A stretch of DNA of 64,000 bases from Deferribacterales bacterium (GTDB lineage Bacteria; Chrysiogenota; Deferribacteres; Deferribacterales; Geovibrionaceae): positions 160,001 to 224,000 of the forward strand of contig JBFWLW010000003.1 in assembly GCA_050251945.1 (NCBI GenBank). Reading direction: 5' to 3'. The notes under the pieces were generated by a model, which did no database searches, was not told the origin of the DNA, and was given only the letters and a program-made list of their open reading frames with translations. This document shows positions 1-9,631 of this stretch, one piece after another. Numbering within the stretch: position 1 is the first letter of the stretch; the number at the start of each line of letters is the position of its first letter. Position numbers and translations under genes: made by a program.

Positions 1-950
1 TCGTTGTCATACCAGCTTACTATCTTCACCATGTTGCCTTCAAGCACCATTGTGAGCAGAGAATCGAATGTTGATGATGCAGGTTCGCCGTTCAGGTCGA
101 TGGAAACAAGTGGTTCGTCGGTATAACGCAGAATTCCTTTCATCGGGCCTTCGGCGGCTTTTTTCATAGCCTCGTTAACAGCCTCTTTTGTTGTCCCGGC
201 TGCAAGCTCAACTGTCAAGTCGACCAGAGAAACATTGGGCGTGGGGACACGTACGGCGTAGCCTGTCAGCTTGCCTTTCAGCTCCGGCAGAACCAGCCCG
301 ACAGCTTTTGCCGCACCTGTTGAGGTGGGGATCATACTGACCGCACAAGCTCTCGCACGGCGAAGGTCTTTGTGGGGCAAATCAAGCACGTTCTGGTCGT
401 TTGTATATGAGTGGACTGTGGTCATGATACCTTTTTTCAGTCCGAATGTGTCGTTGAGAACTTTGGCAACAGGAGCAAGACAGTTTGTCGTGCATGAAGC
501 GTTTGAAATGATGTGATGTTTTGTCCTGTCATACTGGCTGTCGTTAACGCCGATAACAAGCGTAAGGTCGACCTCTTCGCCGGGTGCGGAGATAACAACC
601 TTTTTAGCACCGGCGTCTATGTGTTTCTGTGCAAGGGGACCTTTTGTAAATCTGCCGGTGGATTCCAGAACAACATCAACACCCAGTTCTTTCCAGGGAA
701 GAAGAGCGGGGTCTTTCTCTGCACATATCTTCACTTTTTTACCGTTGATAATAATACCGTCTTCCGCGGCCTCCACATCAAACTTAGCGGGTCCGTGAAC
801 AGAGTCATATTTGAGCAGATGCGCCAGAGTTTTGGTATCTGTGAGGTCGTTGATCGCCACGATATCGACATCAAGTCCGCGCTGGACGATCGCCCTGAGA
901 GTACAGCGTCCGATACGTCCGAAACCGTTGATTCCAAGTTTTACACCCAT
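1..950 (-). CDS. gap: Glyceraldehyde-3-phosphate dehydrogenase, type I (3' end runs off the window)
   Basis: Not in the ORF track. Manual minus-strand translation from ATG at 950 gives MGVKLGINGFGRIGR..., with the catalytic SNASCTTNCLAP and ..WYDN at the edge. GGAGG RBS at 956-960. Confidence 0.97.
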   Translation of the reverse strand, partial: MGVKLGINGFGRIGRCTLRAIVQRGLDVDIVAINDLTDTKTLAHLLKYDSVHGPAKFDVEAAEDGIIINGKKVKICAEKDPALLPWKELGVDVVLESTGRFTKGPLAQKHIDAGAKKVVISAPGEEVDLTLVIGVNDSQYDRTKHHIISNASCTTNCLAPVAKVLNDTFGLKKGIMTTVHSYTNDQNVLDLPHKDLRRARACAVSMIPTSTGAAKAVGLVLPELKGKLTGYAVRVPTPNVSLVDLTVELAAGTTKEAVNEAMKKAAEGPMKGILRYTDEPLVSIDLNGEPASSTFDSLLTMVLEGNMVKIVSWYDN

Positions 951-997
951 TTTAACCTCCGGTATAATCTCTTGTCCTGATATTTAAAGATGTTATA

Positions 998-2182
998 TTA
1001 ATCGCTCTCGGGCGGCGCTTCAAGCTTAAGGTGACGTCTGATGGATTTTATCTCGTCTGTCACCATCTTAAGCAGCGTTCCGAGTTCTTTGTCCGTAACA
1101 ACGGATTTTTTATTTACAGTATTTATAAGCCTTTCAAGCTGATAGACCGTCCGTTTGCTCAGGTCGTTATACTTCTCCTGCTGAAGCTCCAGAGTACTCT
1201 GGAAGTTCTTAAGGGCGGTTGCGGAACGCACCAGCTTGTTCTTTATGTCCTTGTTCTCCTGCCGGAGCTTAAGAAGTTCGTTTATGTTATCGTCCGCAAA
1301 AAGCTTTTCCAGCGCTTTGCTCATCTTGCGGTTTTTCAGGAACACTTCGTCATAGTTCTTTTCAAGGTCTTTGTACGCCTTTTTCAGATCACCGATCTCG
1401 TTCATTTTATCAACTTCGGCCTTCTGAAAGGTTTTGACCCGTTCTTTATATTTTTCGATGGACTGGACGAGATGGAAGTGCTCAGTAATGTCGAACATAA
1501 ACTCGCCGAACTCGTTCAGTTCACCGGTCTGGTCGTAGACAGGGAACATATGGTGCTCGAAATGGAGCGTTTCGCTCCCTTTTTCGATACGGATGTTCTG
1601 GGAACCGACGTTTTCGCCAGCCATTATCTCCGCCATACGGCAGAAAGTACAGGGTTCCGTCCGCCCGTGTATAACTTCATAACACTTCTTGCCCATCATC
1701 TGCGGGATATTGCTCTCTCCGAGGAAATCGGCAAGCGCCTTGTTAACGTTTATTATCAGATATTCGCCTGAAACACTGAACAGAGGCATCTTGAGACCGT
1801 CCAGCAGTTTCATCATCTTCATCCGGCTGTGGCGAAGCACCCTGACAGATTCCTGCGCCTCCATCATCACGCCGTTGAATGAACGCGCGATGGCGTTAAG
1901 ATGCTTACGGTTCTTGTCAGAATTTATCATCACGACGACCCTTTCGCCCTCCTGCACGGTTCGCAGGAAGTAGAAGGACATCATGTTCTCGCCCTTTTTA
2001 AACGACTGGAAGAACGTCTCTTCACTGTCGAGATAGGACTTCATGGTCACAGGCACCGGCACTTTTTCGTGCTGACCGGCAACAACCTGATAAAAGGCTC
2101 CATGATCGGGTAAATAAATATATACAGGGAAGGAGCAGTCCCTGAACATGATGGAGACTCTGGATATAAGCGTGTTCATCAC
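998..2182 (-). CDS. PAS-domain protein with long C-terminal coiled coil
   Basis: PAS-like segment (IINVNKAL...CYEVIHGRTEPCTFC...FPVYDQTGELNEF..DITE) followed by a heptad-rich helix. No kinase domain. Confidence 0.7.
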   Translation of the reverse strand: MMNTLISRVSIMFRDCSFPVYIYLPDHGAFYQVVAGQHEKVPVPVTMKSYLDSEETFFQSFKKGENMMSFYFLRTVQEGERVVVMINSDKNRKHLNAIARSFNGVMMEAQESVRVLRHSRMKMMKLLDGLKMPLFSVSGEYLIINVNKALADFLGESNIPQMMGKKCYEVIHGRTEPCTFCRMAEIMAGENVGSQNIRIEKGSETLHFEHHMFPVYDQTGELNEFGEFMFDITEHFHLVQSIEKYKERVKTFQKAEVDKMNEIGDLKKAYKDLEKNYDEVFLKNRKMSKALEKLFADDNINELLKLRQENKDIKNKLVRSATALKNFQSTLELQQEKYNDLSKRTVYQLERLINTVNKKSVVTDKELGTLLKMVTDEIKSIRRHLKLEAPPESD

Positions 2183-2214
2183 TACCTCTTGAATGTGCAG
2201 GAAAAACCGATAGC

Positions 2215-2874
2215 CTAGTAACGTCCGCCCGTAAGAACGTAAACGTCGGTTTTAACCGCACCCGCCTGTTTCAGAATTTTGCAGCACTCCTTAACAGTGG
2301 CGCCTGTGGTTATAATATCATCAACAAGTAGAATTTTCAAACCACTTAAGTCTCTGCCACATAAAAAAGCACCCTTTACGTTAAGATGTCTCATGCGGCT
2401 TTTAAGCTTATACTGGTATTCTGTCTTTCTATTTCTCACAAGCAAAGGCTCATAATGCGCACCGGTCTGCGTTGCAATATGCTTCGCAAGGCTGCGCGCC
2501 GGATGGGCTATCCTTCTAAGCTTTCTCGTGAAATGTGATGGAACGTCCGTGATAATATCATATTTTTGTAAGAATCCGGCATGAACCAGCCAACCGAGAC
2601 TGCCCATACCCGTTACTCTGTATCCGAATTTTATCTGAAGCAGGAGCTTTTTCAACACTCCCGTATATCTGTAGTCGATGTATATCCTGTCCCACGGCGC
2701 ACCGCCGAGACAGTGTCCGCAGACTTTCGCATCAGTACCGAGCGGATGTCCGCAGTTTTTACAGAAATGATCATAACCCGCAAGCAGGCTTCTGCATTTT
2801 TCGCAAAGAGGCAGTCCGGTTTCGCACCTGCCTTTGCATCCTGCGCACTCCGGCGCAAATATTTCGCTGAGCAT
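2215..2874 (-). CDS. comF: ComF family protein (double zinc ribbon + phosphoribosyltransferase)
   Basis: N-terminal CxxC pairs and ILLVDDIITTGAT PRPP-binding motif. Confidence 0.88.
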   Translation of the reverse strand: MLSEIFAPECAGCKGRCETGLPLCEKCRSLLAGYDHFCKNCGHPLGTDAKVCGHCLGGAPWDRIYIDYRYTGVLKKLLLQIKFGYRVTGMGSLGWLVHAGFLQKYDIITDVPSHFTRKLRRIAHPARSLAKHIATQTGAHYEPLLVRNRKTEYQYKLKSRMRHLNVKGAFLCGRDLSGLKILLVDDIITTGATVKECCKILKQAGAVKTDVYVLTGGRY

Positions 2875-4391
2875 TATCTGATAAGGAGGCTTTCTCCCGT
2901 CATCTCAGCGGGTTTTTCTATGCCGATGATATCAAGCAGAGTGGGGGCGATGTCAGCCAGCTTGCCCGTTTTATCCGTGAGTTTGCAGCCATAGTTATAT
3001 ATGATGAACGGAACAGGATTCAGAGTATGTGCCGTATGGGGCTGATTGTTCACGTAGTCCCACATAAGTTCGCAGTTGCCGTGATCTGCCGTAACGGCGA
3101 GAACAGCATTCTTCTCTTTAACAATCTTCATAACCTCGCCGAGGCATTCGTCAACCGCAATACACGCTTTGACCGCCGCTTCAAGTATGCCGGAATGTCC
3201 GACCATATCAGGGTTCGCAAAGTTCATAATAACGACATCAACGGAATCTATCTCCTGTTTAAACCTGTCCAGAACCTGATAAACACTCATCTGGGGTTTA
3301 AGGTCGTAAGTTGCAACGTCTCTGGGAGATTCCAGCAGTGCGCGTTTCTCGCCCTCGAAGACAGTCTCCGCGCCGCCGTTAAAGAAATAAGTAACGTGGG
3401 CGTATTTTTCGGTTTCAGCAATGCGAAGCTGTTTCAGCCCGTGTTTGCTAACCACCTCGCCGAATATATTCTTAAGAGCTTCCGGTCCGAAAGCGTATGG
3501 ACACGGAAACTTGCTGTCGTATTGCGTAAGCGTCATGAAATGTACGGCGGGTGTGACACGGGCAAACTCTGTGAAGGATTTATCCGTGAACACGGTGGTA
3601 AGCTGTCTCGCTCTGTCCGCACGGAAGTTAAAGAAGAAAACCCCGTCACCGTCGTTTACTTTGCCGTCAAAACCTGTGATAACCGTCGGTTTTATGAACT
3701 CGTCGGTCTCGCCTCTGTCATAGCCAGCCTGAACAGCTTTGCACGGGTCGTCAGCTTCAAGTCCCACGCCTTCGCGCAGGGCTTCATACCCGAGCTTTGT
3801 TCTGTCCCAGCGTTTGTCCCGGTCCATCGGGTAGTAACGCCCGGAAACAGTGGCAACCCTGCCGCAGTCAAGTTCATTCATATATGAAGTCAGCTCCTGC
3901 ATATATCCCAGACCGCTTTTTGGCGGAGTGTCCCGACCGTCCATAAAAGCATGGACGTAAACTTCGGGGATGCCGAACTGTTTCGCTATTGCTATTATAC
4001 CTTTGAGATGATCTATATGGCTATGCACCCCGCCGTCGGACAGAAGTCCGAAAAGATGCAGCCTGCCCGTATCCGACTTAACAGTATTCAGAAATGCCGC
4101 AAACTCCGGATTCTTTGCCATGCTGCCGTCTTTTATGGCGAGGCTCACGCGCAGAAGTTCCTGATAAACAATGCGTCCGGCTCCGATGTTTGTGTGTCCC
4201 ACTTCGGAGTTGCCCATCTGCCCCTTAGGAAGACCGACATACTCTTCGCTGGCGTTAAGCTTCGTATGCGGACACTCCGCCATCAGCTTAAAGAAATTCG
4301 GCGCTTTGCTTATTCTGATAGAATTATATTCTTCTTCATCCCTGAGACCCCAGCCGTCTAGGATGAGCAGTACGGTTTTCTGATTCGACAT
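2874..4391 (-). CDS. gpmI: 2,3-bisphosphoglycerate-independent phosphoglycerate mutase
   Basis: LILDGWG, GQMGNSEVGH, DMVGHSG and TADHGN motifs. Start moved to ATG 4391, which has a GGAG RBS. Confidence 0.97.
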   Translation of the reverse strand: MSNQKTVLLILDGWGLRDEEEYNSIRISKAPNFFKLMAECPHTKLNASEEYVGLPKGQMGNSEVGHTNIGAGRIVYQELLRVSLAIKDGSMAKNPEFAAFLNTVKSDTGRLHLFGLLSDGGVHSHIDHLKGIIAIAKQFGIPEVYVHAFMDGRDTPPKSGLGYMQELTSYMNELDCGRVATVSGRYYPMDRDKRWDRTKLGYEALREGVGLEADDPCKAVQAGYDRGETDEFIKPTVITGFDGKVNDGDGVFFFNFRADRARQLTTVFTDKSFTEFARVTPAVHFMTLTQYDSKFPCPYAFGPEALKNIFGEVVSKHGLKQLRIAETEKYAHVTYFFNGGAETVFEGEKRALLESPRDVATYDLKPQMSVYQVLDRFKQEIDSVDVVIMNFANPDMVGHSGILEAAVKACIAVDECLGEVMKIVKEKNAVLAVTADHGNCELMWDYVNNQPHTAHTLNPVPFIIYNYGCKLTDKTGKLADIAPTLLDIIGIEKPAEMTGESLLIR

Positions 4392-4434
4392 GACATGCTC
4401 CAAAAGATTGGCGATCTGAACGTGAGTGTAGCAC

Positions 4435-4466
4435 AAAAAAGAAAACCCCGCCATAAGAGACGGGGT
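4435..4466 (-). terminator. Rho-independent terminator after dksA
   Basis: ACCCCG..CGGGGT stem followed by TTTCTTTTTT on the minus strand. Confidence 0.8.
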
Positions 4467-4471
4467 GTCAG

Positions 4472-4834
4472 TTACATCTTGATAAGACCTTTCTTTTCCA
4501 GCTCGGTCTTGCAGTCGGTGCAGTATCTGGCAAAGGGAACATACTCGAGGCGCTTGTCCTCAATGTCCTCTTCGCACTCGATACACACGCCATAGGTGCC
4601 GTTTCCGATGCGCACCAGCGCCTGTTCGATGAGGCGGAGCTTAAGAGCGTCCGTTTCAACGCGTCCGAGCATAAGGTTTTTGTTATAGAGATTATATGCT
4701 TCATCCGCGGCGTCCTGAGTTCCGTCCCCGCCGAGGCTCATTGCATCCTGATATCTCTCGTTAAGCTTGTCGATGAGTTCTCTCCTCATCTTAAGCAGTT
4801 TGTCCCTGTGGTAGTTCAGTCTTTCCCTGTCCAT
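4472..4834 (-). CDS. dksA: DksA/TraR family RNA polymerase-binding factor
   Basis: DxxDxA tip (DAADEA) and C4 zinc finger CIEC...CTDC. Confidence 0.88.
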   Translation of the reverse strand: MDRERLNYHRDKLLKMRRELIDKLNERYQDAMSLGGDGTQDAADEAYNLYNKNLMLGRVETDALKLRLIEQALVRIGNGTYGVCIECEEDIEDKRLEYVPFARYCTDCKTELEKKGLIKM

Positions 4835-4890
4835 ACCAGCCCTCCTTCAAAGCCAGATGTAAAAGCAGAAAAGCCTTTTACACGCAGTTT

Positions 4891-5298
4891 CTATTTATGA
4901 TACGGATGACCGTTCATTATGGTCAGCGCCCTGTAAATCTGTTCCGCCAGAACCAAAAGACTGACCCTGTGTGCCATTGTCATTTCGGACAGCGAAATAA
5001 ATTCTTTAGCCGATGCGCGAACATCAGCCGGCAGACCCTCTGCCTCACCGATGTAAAAAGTCACATCCCCGTAGGTTTCAATGCGTTTATTCAGCCATTC
5101 GGCGAATTTTTCGCTTGAAAATTTAGTCCCCGCGGGATCCATTCCAACCAGAAGTCCTTTGTGGTTACCGCCGTGACCGTTTTTATCAACCTCGACCGTA
5201 ACAGGCATGAAGCCGCCAGACATTTTTATATATCTGTCAACTAAACTCTTTATTTCCGGCTCTTTAATTTTGGATGCCATAACAATTTTTATCAGCAT
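4891..5298 (-). CDS. rlmH: 23S rRNA pseudouridine-1915 N3-methyltransferase
   Basis: SLSEMTMAH...EQIYRA...HPYHK C-terminal SPOUT signature. Confidence 0.93.
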   Translation of the reverse strand: MLIKIVMASKIKEPEIKSLVDRYIKMSGGFMPVTVEVDKNGHGGNHKGLLVGMDPAGTKFSSEKFAEWLNKRIETYGDVTFYIGEAEGLPADVRASAKEFISLSEMTMAHRVSLLVLAEQIYRALTIMNGHPYHK

Positions 5299-5366
5299 CG
5301 GAATTGCTCGTAAAATATAGAATGAGTTTTACTCTGTCAACTCTTTTCGGAGTGAAAGAATACTTT

Positions 5367-6050
5367 TTACAAATTCCTCGTAAATTCATACAGTATAACA
5401 GCCGCGCTCTGAGCAACGTTCAGAGAGTCAATATCCCCGCGCATGGGGATTTTCACGTGGGTATCCGCAAGCTCCAGAAGAGCGGGTCGTATACCTTTGC
5501 CTTCCGAACCCATGATGAGAATGGATTTGGGGTCGAAAGCGGCATCTTTAAGAGCTGTCTGACCGTTAACATCCGCGGCATACACCTTGTATCCTGCGTC
5601 TTTCAGCTTTTTAAGTGCTGTCGCGGTGTTGACCGCGCCAACCACAAGCGTATGAAATATAGTGCCGCTGGATGCTTTGCAAACCGCAGCCGTAACCGGA
5701 GACTGTTTATCGAAGCCGACCATCACGGTCTTTACGCCGAAACAGTTTGCCGCTCGGATTATCGCACCGTAATTATGCGGGTCGAATATCCTGTCCAGAA
5801 TAACTATAGGTCCGTTTTCAATTATCTTGTCGAATGCCTTGTCGAAGTTCTTCGGCTCGATATCTTTTACGTCGGCGGCAACGCCCTGCGCCTCCTGACC
5901 GAAAAAGTGTTCAAACTCTTTCGAGCCGTAAGTTCTGTATTCCACTGTGTATCGTTTGGGGTCGAAAGTGGAGTTCACCTTCACATGAAGGAGTTTTACC
6001 ATGTCAAGCTTAAGAGCTTCCTCAACTGTGTTGCGTCCGTGAATTATCAT
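5367..6050 (-). CDS. rlmB: TrmH/SpoU family rRNA methyltransferase (RlmB-like)
   Basis: DPHNYGAIIR, MGSEGKG and SLNVAQSA motifs. Confidence 0.85.
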   Translation of the reverse strand: MIIHGRNTVEEALKLDMVKLLHVKVNSTFDPKRYTVEYRTYGSKEFEHFFGQEAQGVAADVKDIEPKNFDKAFDKIIENGPIVILDRIFDPHNYGAIIRAANCFGVKTVMVGFDKQSPVTAAVCKASSGTIFHTLVVGAVNTATALKKLKDAGYKVYAADVNGQTALKDAAFDPKSILIMGSEGKGIRPALLELADTHVKIPMRGDIDSLNVAQSAAVILYEFTRNL

Positions 6051-7957
6051 GCAAGCTCCGCTTTAATGTTTTCTGCAACTGTTTCAGGGTCGAGACCCAG
6101 CAGTTTGAATATATCGTCGGGTGTGCCTGAAAACGCGTAGCCTCTCACACCGAAACGCACCAGACGCACAGGTTCGCCGTCCTCTGAAAATCTGTTCGCC
6201 AGAGTTGCCGCAAGACCTGTAAACTCGTTATGGTCTTCATAAACGAAAACGGGTTTGTCAGTATATTTTTCAAATACTTCCATATCGGGGTGAAGTGGAC
6301 ATGAGCAGTTGAGAACCGCCGCCTTGATACCCTGTTTTTCCAGTATTTCCGCAACTTTAAGCGCTCTGCCTGTCATGCTTCCGTATGTGGCAATTGCAAA
6401 GTCGCCGTCGCGCAGAACGTCAACCTGTCCGTATTTGAAAGTATAGTCTTTTCCATAGAAAGGTTTGTCGCCGCCGGCTATAACCGCCAGTTTTGAACGT
6501 CCCATGCCAACAAGGAAGTTGCCGGGGTTTTCAGCGGCAAAACAAACTGCCTTGTATGTCTGGTTGGGATCTGAGGGGATGATCACGCGGAAGCCGAAAA
6601 GGTTGCGCAGTGTGCCGAGGTAGTCGATACACTGATGTGTCTTTCCGTCTTCGCCGACGTCGATACCGATATGGGTTGTGACAGTTTTAAGGCTGGCTGC
6701 GTTTATGTCGTTCAGCCTCTGCTGATTGTATACCTCGTCAACACCGAACACGCCGAAATCCGCGAAGAAGGGGAGAACGCCGTTAACGCTCGCCGCACCC
6801 GCCGCCGTGCATGCGTGGTGTTCCTGAATACCGGTCTGGACAAAATTGTCAGGAAATTCTTTTTCTACTTTGTCTGTTTTAACGGAGCCGGCAAGGTCGC
6901 AGTCGAAAACTGCAACGGGAGTCATACCGTCTTCCTGAGAACCTTTCACAATGTCGTATATAGCGTCGCCGAAAGCCGAGCGGCAGTCGGTTTTAACATC
7001 GAGTCCGTACTCTTTGTTTACGTCGTAAGAAACCTTAACTTCCGGAATCTCAAGTTCGTGGTAAGAAGGATCGAAAACGAAGCTTTTTCTTGCCTCTTTG
7101 TATACGGCAAGGTCGTTCTCAAGACCAAGCTCGCCGAGAGCTTTTTCAAGCTGTTCTTCTGTGAGGGGTTTGCCGTGGTACCCGTGGATATTCTCCATGA
7201 AAGATACGCCTTTGCTCATCACTGTTTCAGCAAGGATAAGCACGGGCTGTTCTATCTTCTGTCCGTATTTGATGGCGGTAAAAAGTTTTTCATAGTCATG
7301 TCCGTCAACGGTGATAACGAACCAGCCGTCGGCAGTGTAGTCGTCCTTTATGTTCTGGTACATGACATGCTCTATGTCGCCGCTTATCTGGAGTTTGTTA
7401 TAGTCAATGAACGCAGTAATGTTCGTAAGTCCGTGCATGGCTGCAAAACGCCTCGCTTCGGACTGCTGACCTTTCTGCTGTTCGCCGTCACCCATGAAAC
7501 AGAATACGTTGAACTCCCCGCCTGCTATCTCGCCTGCCATAGCGGCGCCGCAAGCTGCGGAAAGTCCCTGTCCGAGGTTGCCTGTCGTCCACTCCACACC
7601 GTTCACCATCCTTTCGATGTGACCTTCATAGATGCTTCCGGCAAGGCGGAATTCGGAAACCGCTCTGTCGATGTCGAAAAAGCCGTTTCTAGCCAGCGCG
7701 GAATATACGCCGGGGCTTGTGTGTCCGTGGGAAACGAAAATTCTGTCCCGTGAGGCGGATTTCACGTTTTCGGGTGTGATGTTCGCAAACCTGTAAACGG
7801 TCAGATACATGTCTATGGAAGACATGGAACCGCCGGGGTGTCCGCTTGCGGCAAGTGTTGTCATTTTAAGTATGTCGCCGCGGCAAAGCCTTGCGGTCTC
7901 TGCCAGCGCTGATGCATCCTCTGCTGTGAAATCTACGTCAAAGCCACGGTTTCTCAT
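6047..7957 (-). CDS. tkt: Transketolase
   Basis: SGHPGGSMS, SHGH, GNLGQG, GDGE TPP-binding motif and GEDGKTHQ. Confidence 0.93.
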   Translation of the reverse strand: MRNRGFDVDFTAEDASALAETARLCRGDILKMTTLAASGHPGGSMSSIDMYLTVYRFANITPENVKSASRDRIFVSHGHTSPGVYSALARNGFFDIDRAVSEFRLAGSIYEGHIERMVNGVEWTTGNLGQGLSAACGAAMAGEIAGGEFNVFCFMGDGEQQKGQQSEARRFAAMHGLTNITAFIDYNKLQISGDIEHVMYQNIKDDYTADGWFVITVDGHDYEKLFTAIKYGQKIEQPVLILAETVMSKGVSFMENIHGYHGKPLTEEQLEKALGELGLENDLAVYKEARKSFVFDPSYHELEIPEVKVSYDVNKEYGLDVKTDCRSAFGDAIYDIVKGSQEDGMTPVAVFDCDLAGSVKTDKVEKEFPDNFVQTGIQEHHACTAAGAASVNGVLPFFADFGVFGVDEVYNQQRLNDINAASLKTVTTHIGIDVGEDGKTHQCIDYLGTLRNLFGFRVIIPSDPNQTYKAVCFAAENPGNFLVGMGRSKLAVIAGGDKPFYGKDYTFKYGQVDVLRDGDFAIATYGSMTGRALKVAEILEKQGIKAAVLNCSCPLHPDMEVFEKYTDKPVFVYEDHNEFTGLAATLANRFSEDGEPVRLVRFGVRGYAFSGTPDDIFKLLGLDPETVAENIKAELA

Positions 7958-7985
7958 ATATAATACCTCGGTTAATTTTAAACAC

Positions 7986-8061
7986 AGATCGCTTCGTCGC
8001 TGATGCTCACCGCAAAGACGGATAGTTGTCTCTGCGAGGACTGTAAGGATGAAGCAGTCTC
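7986..8061. repeat. REP/REPIN-like imperfect palindrome (family copy 1)
   Basis: AGATCGCTTC..CGCAAAGAC / GTCTCTGCG..GAAGCAGTCT nested inverted arms. The same motifs recur at four other intergenic sites. Confidence 0.8.
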
Positions 8062-8108
8062 ACAATTCAGGCTTTGGCTTTATATAACGTATACAGGGAT
8101 GTGTCAAT

Positions 8109-8966
8109 TTATTTGGCACCTGCGCGGCGCATCATGAAAAGCGAGTGGGCGGCGATGGCGCAGATTATCACCGCACCGCCGGCAAATGTCTGGGCGGGCG
8201 GGATCTCCGTGAAGAACAGCCACGCCAGAAAAGGGGTGAAGACGGTACGTACAAGCGCATAAAGACTGATCTCCATCGCGGTTATATACCTTGCGGCAGT
8301 CGATACAAAAGCTCTGCCCACGGGAGCGCTCAAAAGCCCCATAGCAGCCATTATAAGCACCGGAACTATACCGAAACTGCCGAAATCAGCCCCGAAAGAA
8401 CTGAAAAACATAATAAAAAATCCGCCGAAAGATATAGCCATGGTGCGGCTTATCTGCGGATACTTGCGCCAGATAACATAGTTAAGCGAAGAGAACATCG
8501 CCGCAGCCAATGCGTACAGATCGCCGGAAAGTCCGTGTCCTCCCAACGACCCTCTTACAATTATATATACACCGAGAGCTGATATACCGACTGCCGCCCA
8601 TGTACTTAAAGAGGTCTTTTCTCCAATAAGAATACGGCTGTAAACCGATGAAAACACCGCGGAAGATGTCATAATAAGCGCTACGTTCGCTATTGTGGTA
8701 TTCTGCACAGCCAGCACAAAAGTTGTCCCGCTGCCGCCCATAACCATACCGGAGAACACAAGCACCAGTCCGCCTTTTTTTATAGCATCCGGCAAACCTT
8801 TGCCGTAAATCTGTGTTACAAACGCCATGGAGATCATCGAAAACATTCCGAAAAGGAACGAAGCACCGAATCCGCCCAGACCTGAAAACCTCACAAAAAT
8901 AGCATCCAAACTCATCAATGCCATACCGGACAGCGTAAATGCCGTTCCTTTAACCTGCTCTGTCAT
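8109..8966 (-). CDS. DMT/EamA family transporter
   Basis: About 10 hydrophobic segments in two repeats, with an ..LIGEK.. motif. Confidence 0.9.
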   Translation of the reverse strand: MTEQVKGTAFTLSGMALMSLDAIFVRFSGLGGFGASFLFGMFSMISMAFVTQIYGKGLPDAIKKGGLVLVFSGMVMGGSGTTFVLAVQNTTIANVALIMTSSAVFSSVYSRILIGEKTSLSTWAAVGISALGVYIIVRGSLGGHGLSGDLYALAAAMFSSLNYVIWRKYPQISRTMAISFGGFFIMFFSSFGADFGSFGIVPVLIMAAMGLLSAPVGRAFVSTAARYITAMEISLYALVRTVFTPFLAWLFFTEIPPAQTFAGGAVIICAIAAHSLFMMRRAGAK

Positions 8967-8982
8967 ACTAATCCTCCAGAAA

Positions 8983-9040
8983 TCATACTATTAAGTATGA
9001 TAAGCTAATACTTGACAGTATTGTTGTCAACAGGTATTCT
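8983..9040. promoter_or_regulatory. Two putative TetR operators (ATACT-N4-AGTAT) and sigma70 promoter of the tetR gene
   Basis: TCATACT-ATTA-AGTATGA at 8983-9000 and AATACT-TGAC-AGTATT at 9007-9022. TTGACA(9012)-N17-TATTCT(9035). Confidence 0.7.
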
Positions 9041-9046
9041 TTAAGA

Positions 9047-9631
9047 ATGTCAAAAGCGCTTGAAAACTATAAAACAAAACGCGAATCAATAATAAAAGCG
9101 GGCAGAGAGCTTTTTCTGAACCACGGATATTCCAGAACCAGCATGGACGAAGTGGCGAAGACCGCCTGCGTCACAAAACAGACGGTATACCGCTATTTTG
9201 TATCAAAATCCGATCTTTTCGCCGAAGTGATCTCCCAGATGAGCAAAGAAAATGATATCTATACCTTCGGCGACATGGCAGCCGAAAAGGAACTTATAAA
9301 ATTCGGGATACAGTTCATCTCCATGCACATGGCACGGCACAGACTGGAGCTTTTCCGTATGATGATATCAGAAAGCAGGGATGGAAGCGAGATAGGCGGA
9401 ATGTTCAAAAGCATGGTTCAGGATGCACGCAGAAAACCGCTGACAGGCTTTCTTGCAGACAGACTCAATATCAGAGAAGCGGATAAAATGGCGAATATGC
9501 TGATATCCATGCTGCTTGCCATGCGCTCGCCGATACTTATGAACACCAGAGACGTACCTGACGCCGACGAGATAGAAAAACATGCGGAAACCTGCGTAAA
9601 ACTTTTCCTGAACGGTGTTAAAGGCTTTTAA
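9047..9631 (+). CDS. TetR/AcrR family transcriptional regulator
   Basis: N-terminal HTH: GYSRTSMDEVAKTACVTKQTVYRYFVSKSDLF. Confidence 0.95.
   Translation: MSKALENYKTKRESIIKAGRELFLNHGYSRTSMDEVAKTACVTKQTVYRYFVSKSDLFAEVISQMSKENDIYTFGDMAAEKELIKFGIQFISMHMARHRLELFRMMISESRDGSEIGGMFKSMVQDARRKPLTGFLADRLNIREADKMANMLISMLLAMRSPILMNTRDVPDADEIEKHAETCVKLFLNGVKGF

Noticed and set aside
271..980. Plus-strand ORFs 271-516 and 513-980
   Set aside because: They are antisense shadows of gap on the minus strand.
6635..7753. Long antisense ORFs (372 aa here; also 1031-1771, 3027-3887, 5304-6140, 23366-24142, 38377-39288, 52828-53619)
   Set aside because: Each lies opposite a well-supported gene, has no recognisable motif, and is expected from codon bias.
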